Assembly: GCA_951406725.2 (NCBI GenBank)
Contig: OX597814.1
Coordinates: forward strand, 45,570,001 to 45,634,000
Source: Octopus vulgaris
Taxonomy: Eukaryota
Length of the DNA: 64,000 bases
Direction of reading: 5' to 3'
The first letter of the stretch is position 1. Every line of letters begins with the position of its first letter. The notes beneath the pieces were generated by a model, which saw only the letters and a program-made list of their open reading frames with translations, ran no database searches and was not told where the DNA came from. The position numbers were made by a program, and so were the translations under genes. Shown here in pieces: positions 11,981 through 23,653 of the stretch.

Positions 11981-12882
11981 ACTTTCTCTAAGTGCTTTTC
12001 TAATTACTTTCTGTAGCCCCAAAAAGATGATAAAAGATTTGAGCTCTAGTTTCTAAACAACCTTTTGACAGTAACATTCCTAGATTATCTGGTACCTATT
12101 CCCAATGGCTAGGAAAACTAGGTAAAAATAGAATTGAGTGTTTTACCTACAAAATACCTTCAGTTGATTTGAACTGAAAAATTATTTGAGCCAATTGTCT
12201 CAATATCATGGCCTCTTGATTTTTCATGCCAGACATTGCCTGTTGATTTAAGTACAACAAATTTACTTTAGATTGCAGCTTCTAGGAAAGATAAAAGACT
12301 ATCAGTATGGTATAAAATAAAGAGTATTCAGTCAATTTGGCTCTGCAGAATATATACTAATGAGTATTAAATAGGGAAAGCCTATCTCAAGCATCACTTT
12401 ATAAACGTTGGCAAGGTCACAAAATTTATTTGTTCAAAAGATAGTTATATTTATATGTCTTCAAGAAGGTGGCTTTCTTTTAAAGGATAGAACTGTTTGT
12501 TGAACAAATCAGCCAACTTGGGAGTAATTCCAAGTTCTGGAATAGAGACAAGACATACTAATGCTGAGGAGGTACATATTAAAATGTACAAATTAAAACT
12601 GTAAAGAAAGTAGTCCCTAATAGATCTTGCTTTGGAAGCTTAGATATATTTGAGAATCAGAAAATTTATGTTCAATATCCAAGAGACACAACACAATACC
12701 AAGTTTTCATGATAAAAGTATTCTTTTCAAATAGTATTCAGAATATGTAAATGAGTTGTAAGAGAAGTATATAAAATGGCGTGTTCAAGTAAAAAGCCTT
12801 TTATCATTTTGATATTTAAATATCTATTTCAATATTTTAAAATTTTCTTTATTTTAGCGTTTAAAATCAAAACTCTGCAAAA

Positions 12883-12918
12883 ATGAATTCAAATTATTCC
12901 ACAATGATTAGTTTGTTG
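12883..12918 (+). CDS. SLC25A26: SLC25A26 coding exon 1 ([12 protein letters not shown])
   Basis: ATG in AAAATG context and a GTAAGT donor at 12919 in phase 0, which joins to AGGAAG of the next exon. Upstream acceptor ttttAG ends at 12857, implying an earlier non-coding exon. Confidence 0.8.
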
Positions 12919-15190
12919 GTAAGTAATGTAATATACTCTTCTTATTCATTATCGTTATTATCTTCCATTATCATCATCATTTCTTATTTAAGAAAAAAAT
13001 TTAATTTGATTTCTTTGCAGTTCCCATTGATTTTTTTTGTTTTTTAGTAATTATTTGTGTAAGAATAACTATTAGATTGACATTAAAATCTAATTCCTTT
13101 CCAGTTTTTCACTTCTATCACTATATTACAGTTCAAAACTTCTGACATACAATGCCATACCATTATTACTTAAAAGGGATATAATAGATAACCAGACAGC
13201 TAGGGTGGACACCCATCTCTAAACGTCTTCCATTGTATAATCTGGTCATTATACCAACACCAGCTGCTAAGATTTCACCACAACAGATATGACTGAAATC
13301 TCTAGTTTATGAATCTGACTAGATATACTTTCTGTTTTTTCACCTCATGTTTATTTAATTTTTGCATCATCTTTCTTATAATAATAATCCATATGTCTAC
13401 TAAATCTACTCTCATGGTCCGGAGCTAGAGTAGAAGACACTGCACAGCAACTCAGGCAAATATCTTCTATTATAACCTCAGGCTGACTAAAGCCTTATGA
13501 GTGGATTTGGTTGACAGAAACTGAATGAAGGCTGCGAGCTGGCAGAAACGTTAGCAAGCCGGGCGAAATGCTTTGTGGTATTTCATCTGCTGCTGCGTTC
13601 TGAGTTCAAATTCCGCCAAGGTCAACTTTGCCTTTCATCCTTTCGGCGTCGATAAATTAAGTACCAGTTACGCACTGGGGTCGATGTAATCGATTTAATG
13701 TGTTTGTCTGTCCTTGTTTGTCCCCTCTATGTTTAGCCCCTTGTGGGCAATAAAGAAATAAGAAACTGAATGAAGCCCATCGTATTATTATAAGAAAGAT
13801 GATGTAGCATTAAATGAAAATGTGGTGAGATAATAGACAATGCATCTACTCAGATCCATAAACTAAAGGTTTTTGTGATATCAATAGTAATAGAAGTGAA
13901 AGGTTGGAAAGGTGTGTGTGTGTGTTATTCTTAAACCAGAATATTGTTGACTGACTTTGAAGTTTTGGCCAGCTAAGCTGTCACTGGAATGGCAGTCTAA
14001 CAGTGGCTTCATTAGCCTAAGCTTTGAAGTCACTGTCAACAATATTCTTGTTTAAGAATAAACTCATACTCTGTAAAAGTACAGAGTAACCCCTCAGATT
14101 AATGTTAAAATGCTTTTTTATAACTAAACATAAAAACAAATATCAATTATATTTTGATATCTCTAAAGAGATACTGCTGATTCATTCTCACTCTCTCTCC
14201 TAAAAGTGAGTAGCCATGTAGCTCCTTTACAAGAACTTGATCTACCCCTAAACTCTTTTCCCATGCCTTAACTTTCCTCTAAAATAAGGATGCACTCCCC
14301 ACTTGTCAGGTTTTGTAGATTTGCAAGCTGCATGATGACCTCAACTGGTGGCATGAAAAAGCAGCCAGTACATGGTGTAAACTGGTTAGTGTTAGGAAGG
14401 ATATCCAGTCTTAGAAACCATGTCAAAGCAGACACTGGAACATGATGGTATCCTTGAACCCATAGGAATCTTTTCAAACTGTCCAACACATGCCAGCATG
14501 GCATATGTATGTTAATGGATAATATGTGTGTGTGTGTGACAATAAACTTTGCTTGCAAAGACCTATTGAGGCAAGTGAATTCAAATCAAAATTGCTGACG
14601 TGACCGATGACAGTACCGCCTGATTGGCACTCGTGCCAGTGGAATGTTGAAAGCATATCTGAGTGTGATCTTTGGCAGGGTCAAGGTTTGGGTCCTGTGC
14701 TGGTGGCACTTAAAAAGCACCATTCGAGTGTGATTGTTACCAGCGTCACCTTGCCGGTGACACGTGAAAAGCAACATTCAAGTGTGGTTATTGCCAGACT
14801 GCCTCCCGTGCAGGTAGCACATAAAAAACACTTTTTGAGTGTAGTCGTTGCCAGACCTGCCTGACTAGCCCTCATGCTGGTTGCATATTAAAGCACCCAC
14901 TACACTCTTGGAGTGGTTGGCGTTAGGAAGGGTATATATATACATATGTGTATATATATATATATATATATAACGTTGGCATTAGGAAGGGCATCCAGCT
15001 GTAGAAACACTGCCAGATCAGACTGGGCCTGGTGCAGCCTTCTGGCTTGCCAGATCCCAGTTGAACCGTCCAACCCATGCCAGCATGGAAGGCGGACGTT
15101 AAATGATGATGATATATATATATAAACATGTATATATATATACACGTATATATATATACACACACACATGTATATATATATATACACATG

Positions 15191-15251
<61 letters not shown>

Positions 15252-15756
15252 GAGTGGCTGTGTGGTAAGTAGCTTGCTAACCAACCACACGGTTGCGGGT
15301 TCAGTCCCACTGCGTGGCATCTTGGGCAAGTGTCTTCTGCTATAGCTCCGGGCTGACCAATGCCTTGTGAGTGGATTTGGTAGACGGAAACTGAAAGAAG
15401 CCTGTCGTATATATGTATATATATGTATATGTGTGTGTGTGTGTTTGTGTGTCTGTGTTTATCCCCCTAGCATTGCTTGACAACCGATGCTGGTGTGTTT
15501 ACGTCCCCGTCACTTAACGGTTCGGCAAAAGAGACCGATAGAATAAGTACTGGGCTTACAAAGAATAAGTCCCGGGGTCGATTTGATCGACTAAAGGCGG
15601 TGTTCCAGCATGGCTGCAGTCAAATGACTGAAACAAGTAAAAGAGAAAAAGAAAGAGAATATATATATATATACACACATATATATATACACACACACAC
15701 ATATGTATATATGCCCCAGCATGGCCACAGCTCGTGAGCTGAAACTAGAATCAATC

Positions 15757-15791
<35 letters not shown>

Positions 15792-15847
15792 TATATGTAT
15801 ATATACATATATAAATATACACATATATGTATACATATATATACACA

Positions 15848-15901
<54 letters not shown>

Positions 15902-18900
15902 TGCAAGAAAAAAGTAACAAGAATGGATCAGAATACATATATGTATACATATATGTATATATACATATATATGTATACATATATATGTATACATATATGT
16001 ATATATACATATATATGTATACATATATGTATATATACATATATATGTATACATGTATATGTATATATACATATATATGTATACATATATGTATGTATAC
16101 ATATATATGTATACATATATGTATATATACATATATATGTATACATATATATGTATACATATATGAATAATGATGATACACATCTACATATGCAATGGCT
16201 TCTTCAGAAGCTTTATTATGGAAAACATTTACCCAAGGTACGGTGCAATGGACCTGAACCAAAAATGTCATTGTTAGGAAGCAAATTTCTGAACCACGTA
16301 GCCATGCCTGCTCCCAGTAACAGCAAGAACTCTTCAATATTTTTATAAATTTTATCTTTTTACTTAATATGTTTGTTGAATTTCCAAAATGATATCACTT
16401 TTATTGTTTCATAATTGCACCATATACCATGTATAATTTATTGATGGTGATTCTAATAACAATAATTTATTACAATTTCAGGCTGGTGGGGCTGCTGGAA
16501 CATCTGTAGATGTTCTACTTTTCCCTCTTGACACCATGCGGACTCGTTTGCAAAGCCACCGTGGATTTCAGGCATCAGGTGGTTTCCGAGGAATTTACGC
16601 TGGGCTTGGCTCTGCTGTTATTGGATCTGCTCCCCAAGGTTTTTGTTTTTTTTTATTTCCATTTCATTTTAATTGTCTGACTCTCTAAATTTATCCATTT
16701 CAACATTGAGTTGTTAACCAGTTCATAAAGGTAATTTACCTGATATCATAAGAAGACTAGACATTGCTTCAAGTAAATCATCATCATCATCATCATCATT
16801 TAACGTCCGTTTTCCATGCTAGCATGGGTTGGATGGTTCGACTGGGGTCTGGTAAGCCATCGAGGCTGCACCAGGCTCTAGTCTGATTTGGCAGTGTTTC
16901 TACAGCTGGATGCCCTTCCTAATGCCAACCACTCCACGAGTGCAGTGGGTGTTTTTTTACATGCCACCGGCACAGGAGCCAGAGCAAATGACCACGATCG
17001 GTTGGTGCTATTACGTGTCACCGACACGGACGCTAGTATCTGCCACGTTCGGATGGTGCTTTTTACGTGTCACCGGCACAGGAGTCTTAACTACAATTTC
17101 CATTTGAAGTTTTATTTTGATGTTGACGTTGACGTACTTGACTCAACAGGTCTTTTCAAGAACAGCGGGTCACTCTATGATCCAAGGTCAGAACAGCAGG
17201 CCATCCTGCGAGCATGAACTCACTTCATTTGTTGGGTTTTCGAATCCTCAAGAAAAGCGGGTCACTCTACGGTCCAAGGTTAGCACAGCAGGCCGTCCTG
17301 TGAGCCATGAACTCACTTTGTTTGTCGGGTCTTTGAAGTCACAGCATATCTCCAGAGGTCTTGGTCTTTTGACATAGCCACTGTGAGGCTCAAAGTACGA
17401 TGGTCATGCTTGACCACCTCGTCCCATGTCTTCCTGTGTCTACCTCTACCCTGGATTCCTTCAACAGTTTGAGAGTGGCACTTCTTCACACATCTCTCCT
17501 CATCCATCCTTAGTACATGACCATACCAACGCAATCGTCTCTCCTGCACGCTGCATCCAATGCTTCTTCTGCCCAACATTTCTCTCAGGACGCTTACACT
17601 CTGTTGTGCATGGACACTGGCATTACACATCCAGCGGATCATGCTAGCTTCATTTCTTTCAAGCCAATATGGTATGAAAATCAACTGTAAGAAAAAAGAT
17701 AACACGGAACAAATGACACCAAATTCAAGTTAATGACATTCTGGTCTCTCACCATCATCATCATCATCGTTTAACGTCCACTTTCCATGCTAGCATGGGT
17801 TGGACGATTTGACTGAGGACTGGTGAACCAGATGGCTGCACCAGGCTCCAATCTGATCTGGCAGAGTTTCTACAGCTAGATGCCCTTCCTAAAGCCAACC
17901 ACTCTGAGAATGTAGTGGGTGCTTTTATGTGCCACCAGCACGAGGGCCAGTCAGGCAGTACTGGCAACGGCCATGCTCAGATGGTGTTTTTTACGTGCCA
18001 CACGCGTCATACAGTCTACCTTATACTCTGAGCAAGAGGCCTTTTGTCATCAGTAGCGCTAAGAAAAAGGGCCTATGAAAATGTAACATGCAAATCTGAG
18101 ATAAAGAGGTGGATTGAAATAATAGCATAATTGGCAAAGCTAAATAAATTTGGAGCAGTGTGAACATTGATTTAAGTGAGAAACTGAAACTAATATATAA
18201 TCTATACAACTCTGTTGTATGGATGTTAGACATAGACATACTCAAAAAATCATTGAGATAAAATTGTCAGCATTTGAAATGAGGTGCTTTCTGAAAACTC
18301 TTACATTATGTGGAAGGACCACCAGACCAAACAGTCAATCTTAGAACAACTTATTGTCTTCGTTGGGAAGAGAAAAAGACTTATAGAAATAGCAAGATGA
18401 AGGAAGCTGCAATGGTATAATGACGTTAGTAGAATGATTGGGTCAATTGCAAATACAATCATGTTTGGTAAAATAGAAAATAAAAGAAGAGAACAACCAA
18501 GAAGAGACTGCTTGAAATGTGAACTGGGATAAGAATATCTGAACGCATAAAGAAAACCAAAGACCAAGAGGAGTGGAAAAGATTTGCAAAAAAGTTCAGA
18601 TGCTCTAAAGGCAAAAACGTGATGGAAATGACTTATTTTGATTCAGAACAGTCAACTGCTATGAGATGAATTTTTCTTTTCTTATTCTGCAAAGAAAATC
18701 TCCGTACTTCTTGGTGCAGTTTTAGTTAAAAAAATCTGAGCTTCTGTTAGAGATTGATATAGTTGTTGAGTGACAAAATGAATTTTAAAGAGAATCTTTT
18801 AGATTTGCTTATGAAAATAAAGTATTTTAACGAGTGTCATTTGCAGTTCTAATATTGATGTATGGATACAATCATCATCATCATCGTTTAACGTCCGTTG

Positions 18901-21900
18901 AGATAAGGCACAGTATGCTGGTTTTGTGCATAGCTGATAGAAAACAGACATCCAGTACATTTAGCAATTGAAAACTGGCATTAAAAAATTAGACCTTCCA
19001 AATAACATGCATAAAATCCCAGAATATCCAAATTTTCAGTGTCTTCCTCTCCATATAAAATATGAAATTTAATTTTTTTTTAATTTTAAGGAAGCAGTTT
19101 ATTTGCAACTTTGACCATACCATATTTTACCATAATAGCTTAATCAATTCTTATACAATTTTTTTTGCCTTAATTTCAGCATCTTTGTTTTTTCTCACAT
19201 ATGAATTCACTAAAACGGTCATCTCAACCACATTTGAGCCAAAGATAGCATCAATAAGTTATATGATAGCTGCATCTGCTGGAGAAGTGGTAAGTCATCA
19301 TCATCATCATCATCATCATCATATATCCATTGGCATGGGTTGGACAGTTTGACAGGATCTTGCAAGCTGCAGGACTGTGTTGAGCTCTAATGTCAGCTTT
19401 GGTATAGCTTGCATAACTGAATGCCCTTCCTAATGCCAACCACTTTATAGTTTGTACTGGGTGCTTTTTTGTGTCACAGGTACTAGTGAGGTGCCAAGTA
19501 AATTGCAACACAGAAAAACAAAAAGAAAAGGAAAAAAAGCTCCTGCTACCAAGTGTGTCTGTTCGAGAGAGGGAAGTAGCATTATGCCAAGTGTTGAAAT
19601 GCTAAAATATGATAGAAGAACAAGCAGAGGTGTCTTGCTATAGAGGAGATACATGGCTACCACTCATTATATAACAATGGGAGGTGTTGGGAAGGAGATA
19701 AAATTGGTAGTGAAGGAGTACCAGAGCAACCTCTCGAGGTACAAGACAGTGAGACAATGAGTCAGAAGAGGAGAGGGGAGCATGGGTACTTTTATGAATG
19801 TGTAAGGGGAGAGTAACAGATGGTTAAAGATGTGTGTGTGTAGGGGGGTAGCAGTGAATATAATGATTGATGAACAAGTATGGAGGTATGGTTGATGAGA
19901 AGTATCAATACGGAGATGTGATAAGATGAGATAGAATTGTGAATGTGTGTGTGTGTGTGTGTACATATATATATATATGTACTTGTATATGCTTTTCTTC
20001 TTTAAAGAATTAGCATAAATTCTGATTGATTAATTTTTGCTTGTTCAACACAGATGGCTTGTTTGATCCGAGTACCTGTCGAGGTAGTCAAACAGAGAAC
20101 TCAGACCTCATCAAACATGTCTTCTCTGAAGATTTTCCAGCAAACCTTACAGGCAGAAGTAAGTAAAAAGTAACTTTTATCTCATAAGCAAACTATCAGC
20201 TACAATAATTAATGCATTCTTCTCCAAAAAATCAAAAACACTGTTGACTTTCTTCTTATTGGATGTCTTTTAAGCCGAAACAGCTTAGTGTTTTACTGTG
20301 ATAAGAAATGCAAAATAAATCTCCTAGTAGGATATCAGTCTATCATAGAGATCATTCTCATTTGATCTGTTACTATTATAAATAGCTAGATGAAATGAAG
20401 CACTTAGAATAACGTGTACTATGCAAATATATAAAAATTCTTCAGAGGAAATGAACTAAAGACCTTTGAGATTGTAACTTAATATCATATGGATCTGACT
20501 AATTTGTTTCTACTTTCTAAGCCACTATCATGGTAGAACTTAAGCTTAGCACTGAAAGATAATGAAACTCTCGTCAATTGGACAGCATTTTTACTTCTTA
20601 CAGTTGTAATCTGTGCCTACTTGTGCTATTTATTATTAACAGGATCCATTTAACAAGTGCTAGTTGTCTTACCTGGGAACTGAGTATACGCTGTCCATTT
20701 CAACCAGAAGATACATTATCAGCTTTGACTGGAAGACTTATTATCAACCTTTCTGCTGTTGTTCACAATAAAATACTAAATGACTTTTTAGTAAGATAGC
20801 AGATATAGTAAAGTATCAAGTCAGCAAATGCACATGAGTTTAAATCTTAAGTTCTACAGAATTTAAGCATACTTTAGTTTCATAGTACTATAGTTACTTA
20901 ATATAGTGAGTTCCTACTTTGCAGTACCTGTTTATATCTATCTTAGCATGCCATTTGTGAGTTACAGCACAACACTTCACTAGTAGAAAAATTGGAATTA
21001 CCAGCCTTATTGCTGTTTGTCTGTTACTTTGTCTTGAACATCTGCATTCTATAAAAATATATGAACATCAAAATTAGTAAAACCCGTACCACCTGTGAAT
21101 GACACAGCAGTGAAAAAAATAGGTGAATAAATAAAGTTTCAATAAATCTCAATTGTCTTTTGTTACTATGTAAACTCTTCATTGTATCTTCCTTTTCAAC
21201 CATTGTTAAAGTGCTTGTTTCTTTTGTAGGGTGTCAGAGGACTTTATCGAGGTTATGGAAGCACTGTTGCCAGAGAAATACCATTCTCTTTCATCCAATT
21301 TCCACTTTGGGAATTTTTTAAGGTAGTAATGTCATATTTACATTCAGTGATTCTTGCATTTGGCCACTTATGTCATCATCATCATGATTTAATGTTCACT
21401 TGTTCACTTGTTCATGCTTGTACAGAATTTGTTGAGTCAGATTTTCTATGGTTGGACGCCCTCCTTGTCACCAGTCCTCACCTATTTCCAAGCAAGATAA
21501 TATTTTCCTAGAGCCAGATAAGTTTTTCATGGATGGTTGGAAACAACTTGTAAGACAGTGATGCTTGTTTACAACTATCACACACACACACACACACTGA
21601 AGGATTCATTTCAGTTTATGTCTGCTCAATCCACTTACAAGACTTTGGTTGGTCCATAGTTATAATAGGAGATACTTGCCCAAGGTGACATGCATTGGGA
21701 CTGAACTTGAAACCATATGTTTGCAAAGCAAGCCTCTTAACTGCAACAATACTCATTATATTTGTGCTAAATACAAAAATCTCATGGATTTTAATTTAAA
21801 TGAATTCGTCCTCCAGGTCATAGAGAAATTTAAGACTTGGAAGCCCACAGGAACTACTATATGCTGATGATCTTGTCCTAATAATACTTTCTACTTTAAA

Positions 21901-23211
21901 CACACAGTCCGATGTTCACCAAGGCTAGGTCTTTAGCCCCTTCCTATTCATCATTGTCCTCAGGGCCATAAAAGAGGGATTTAAGACTGGAAGCCCATGG
22001 GAACTATTATATGCTAATGATCTTGCCTTTATAGTAGAATCTGTAACAAAATTGGAAAAGTAATTCCAGGTGTGGACTCAAAGGGTCTTAAAGTTAACTT
22101 GGCAAAACCAAGGTCCTAGTAAGCAAGAAATCAGACAGGAGCCTTCACTCTTCAGGTGAATGGTCCTGCTCAATATGTAGAAAGGGTGTAGGCAAAAATT
22201 TTTCATTTGATGTGCCCAGTGCAAGCTGTGGATATACAAAAAGTGCAATGGAATAGTAGGAAGATTATCTAAGAAAGTAGTGTTTGTATATGGAAGATGT
22301 ACAGGAGCTATAAAGATACATGGGAAACTGATTTCCTCAAATGTCCCAGTGGCTCTCTGGAAGTAGTAGATAATTTCTGCTACATAGAGGATCTAATTAA
22401 CAGTGGAGGAAGTTGTACAGAAAATGTAATTATTAGATAAGAATAGGATGAAGAAAGTTCAAAGAGCTTTTACCTCTGTTGGCAACCAAAGGTCTTTCTC
22501 TTTGAGTGAAAGGAAGATGGTATGATGCATTTGTATGAACTGTGATACTGCATGATAGTGCTTTTTTCATGATACCAACACCAGTGCTTTTTATGTGGCA
22601 CCGGCACCAGTGCTTTTAACATGGCACCAGCACCAGTGCGTATAATGTGGCACCAGTGCTTATAATGTGGCACCAGTGCTTTTAATGTGACACCAGCACC
22701 AGTACATTTTACATGGCATCAGCAAGGCTTCCACACTTTCTGTCTACTGTCAATTTATCATAGAAGATCCTTGCTTAAAATTCCTTACAATAAGATCAAA
22801 CCCCAAACTATGTTATTTGTAAAGTGAACTTCTTAAGCACAAATGACTATGCCTAAGCCTATGTAAATAGACATGTTTATTACTTTTTAATGTTATTTCA
22901 ACCCATGTCTTTTTTTAAACAGTAGGAACATTTTTTAAATTGAGTCTTTCTTTCTATCTTCTATATTTGGCAGAAATTTTGGAGTGAGAAACAACAAGAG
23001 CCTGTGAAACCTTGGCAATCCTCAATTTGTGGTGCTATGGCTGGTAAGAATACCCTTTTATGATTTACTCTAGGATAGAGCTTTACAAAATGGTTTTACA
23101 GTAATTCTGAAGTTTTCGTAATCAAACCTAATGTAAAAGAAAGCAACTGTTGAAAACAGGTATTTCTTTTAATTATATTTTGGAAGTCAAATGTAACTGT
23201 TTTATTGGTTC

Positions 23212-23250
<39 letters not shown>

Positions 23251-23606
23251 GGCAGTTTGTCTGTGCGTGTTTCTGTGTGTCTGTTTGCTTGTACCCTCAC
23301 CCTGACCACGGCTTTCAACCGATTCTGATGAAACTTGACACACACACATAGCCCAATGTCATAATTCAAAACTAACGAAGAGAAAATTTTGAAAAGTTCC
23401 CCCAGTTCTGAAAAAAATCGATAAATTCGACATGGGGTCGAGAATCAGAAACACAAACCACAAACTGTCTAGGGGACGCAACTCCACCTTTTTTAACTCT
23501 CAAAAAAAATTTACCATAATTTTTTTCCATTTTTTGCTATAACTCTCTAAAAATGCTTTATAGTTATTTCCCTTACAAACCTGAGCAACGCCGGGCGATA
23601 CTGCTA

Positions 23607-23653
<47 letters not shown>

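Noticed and set aside
14600-14900. CRISPR-like repeat-spacer appearance of the TGGCACGTAAAAAGCACC arrays
   Set aside because: The spacers are homologous to each other, the arrays are part of a LINE 3' UTR, the context is eukaryotic and there are no cas genes.
14900-16348. Long YI/MY-rich ORFs of up to 248 aa
   Set aside because: They are translations of (TA)n and TATG microsatellites.
16536-16545. K-to-R in carrier motif 1 (PLDTMR) as a genomically fixed editing event
   Set aside because: The codon is CGG, which A-to-G alone cannot produce from a Lys codon, and R fits the [KR] consensus.
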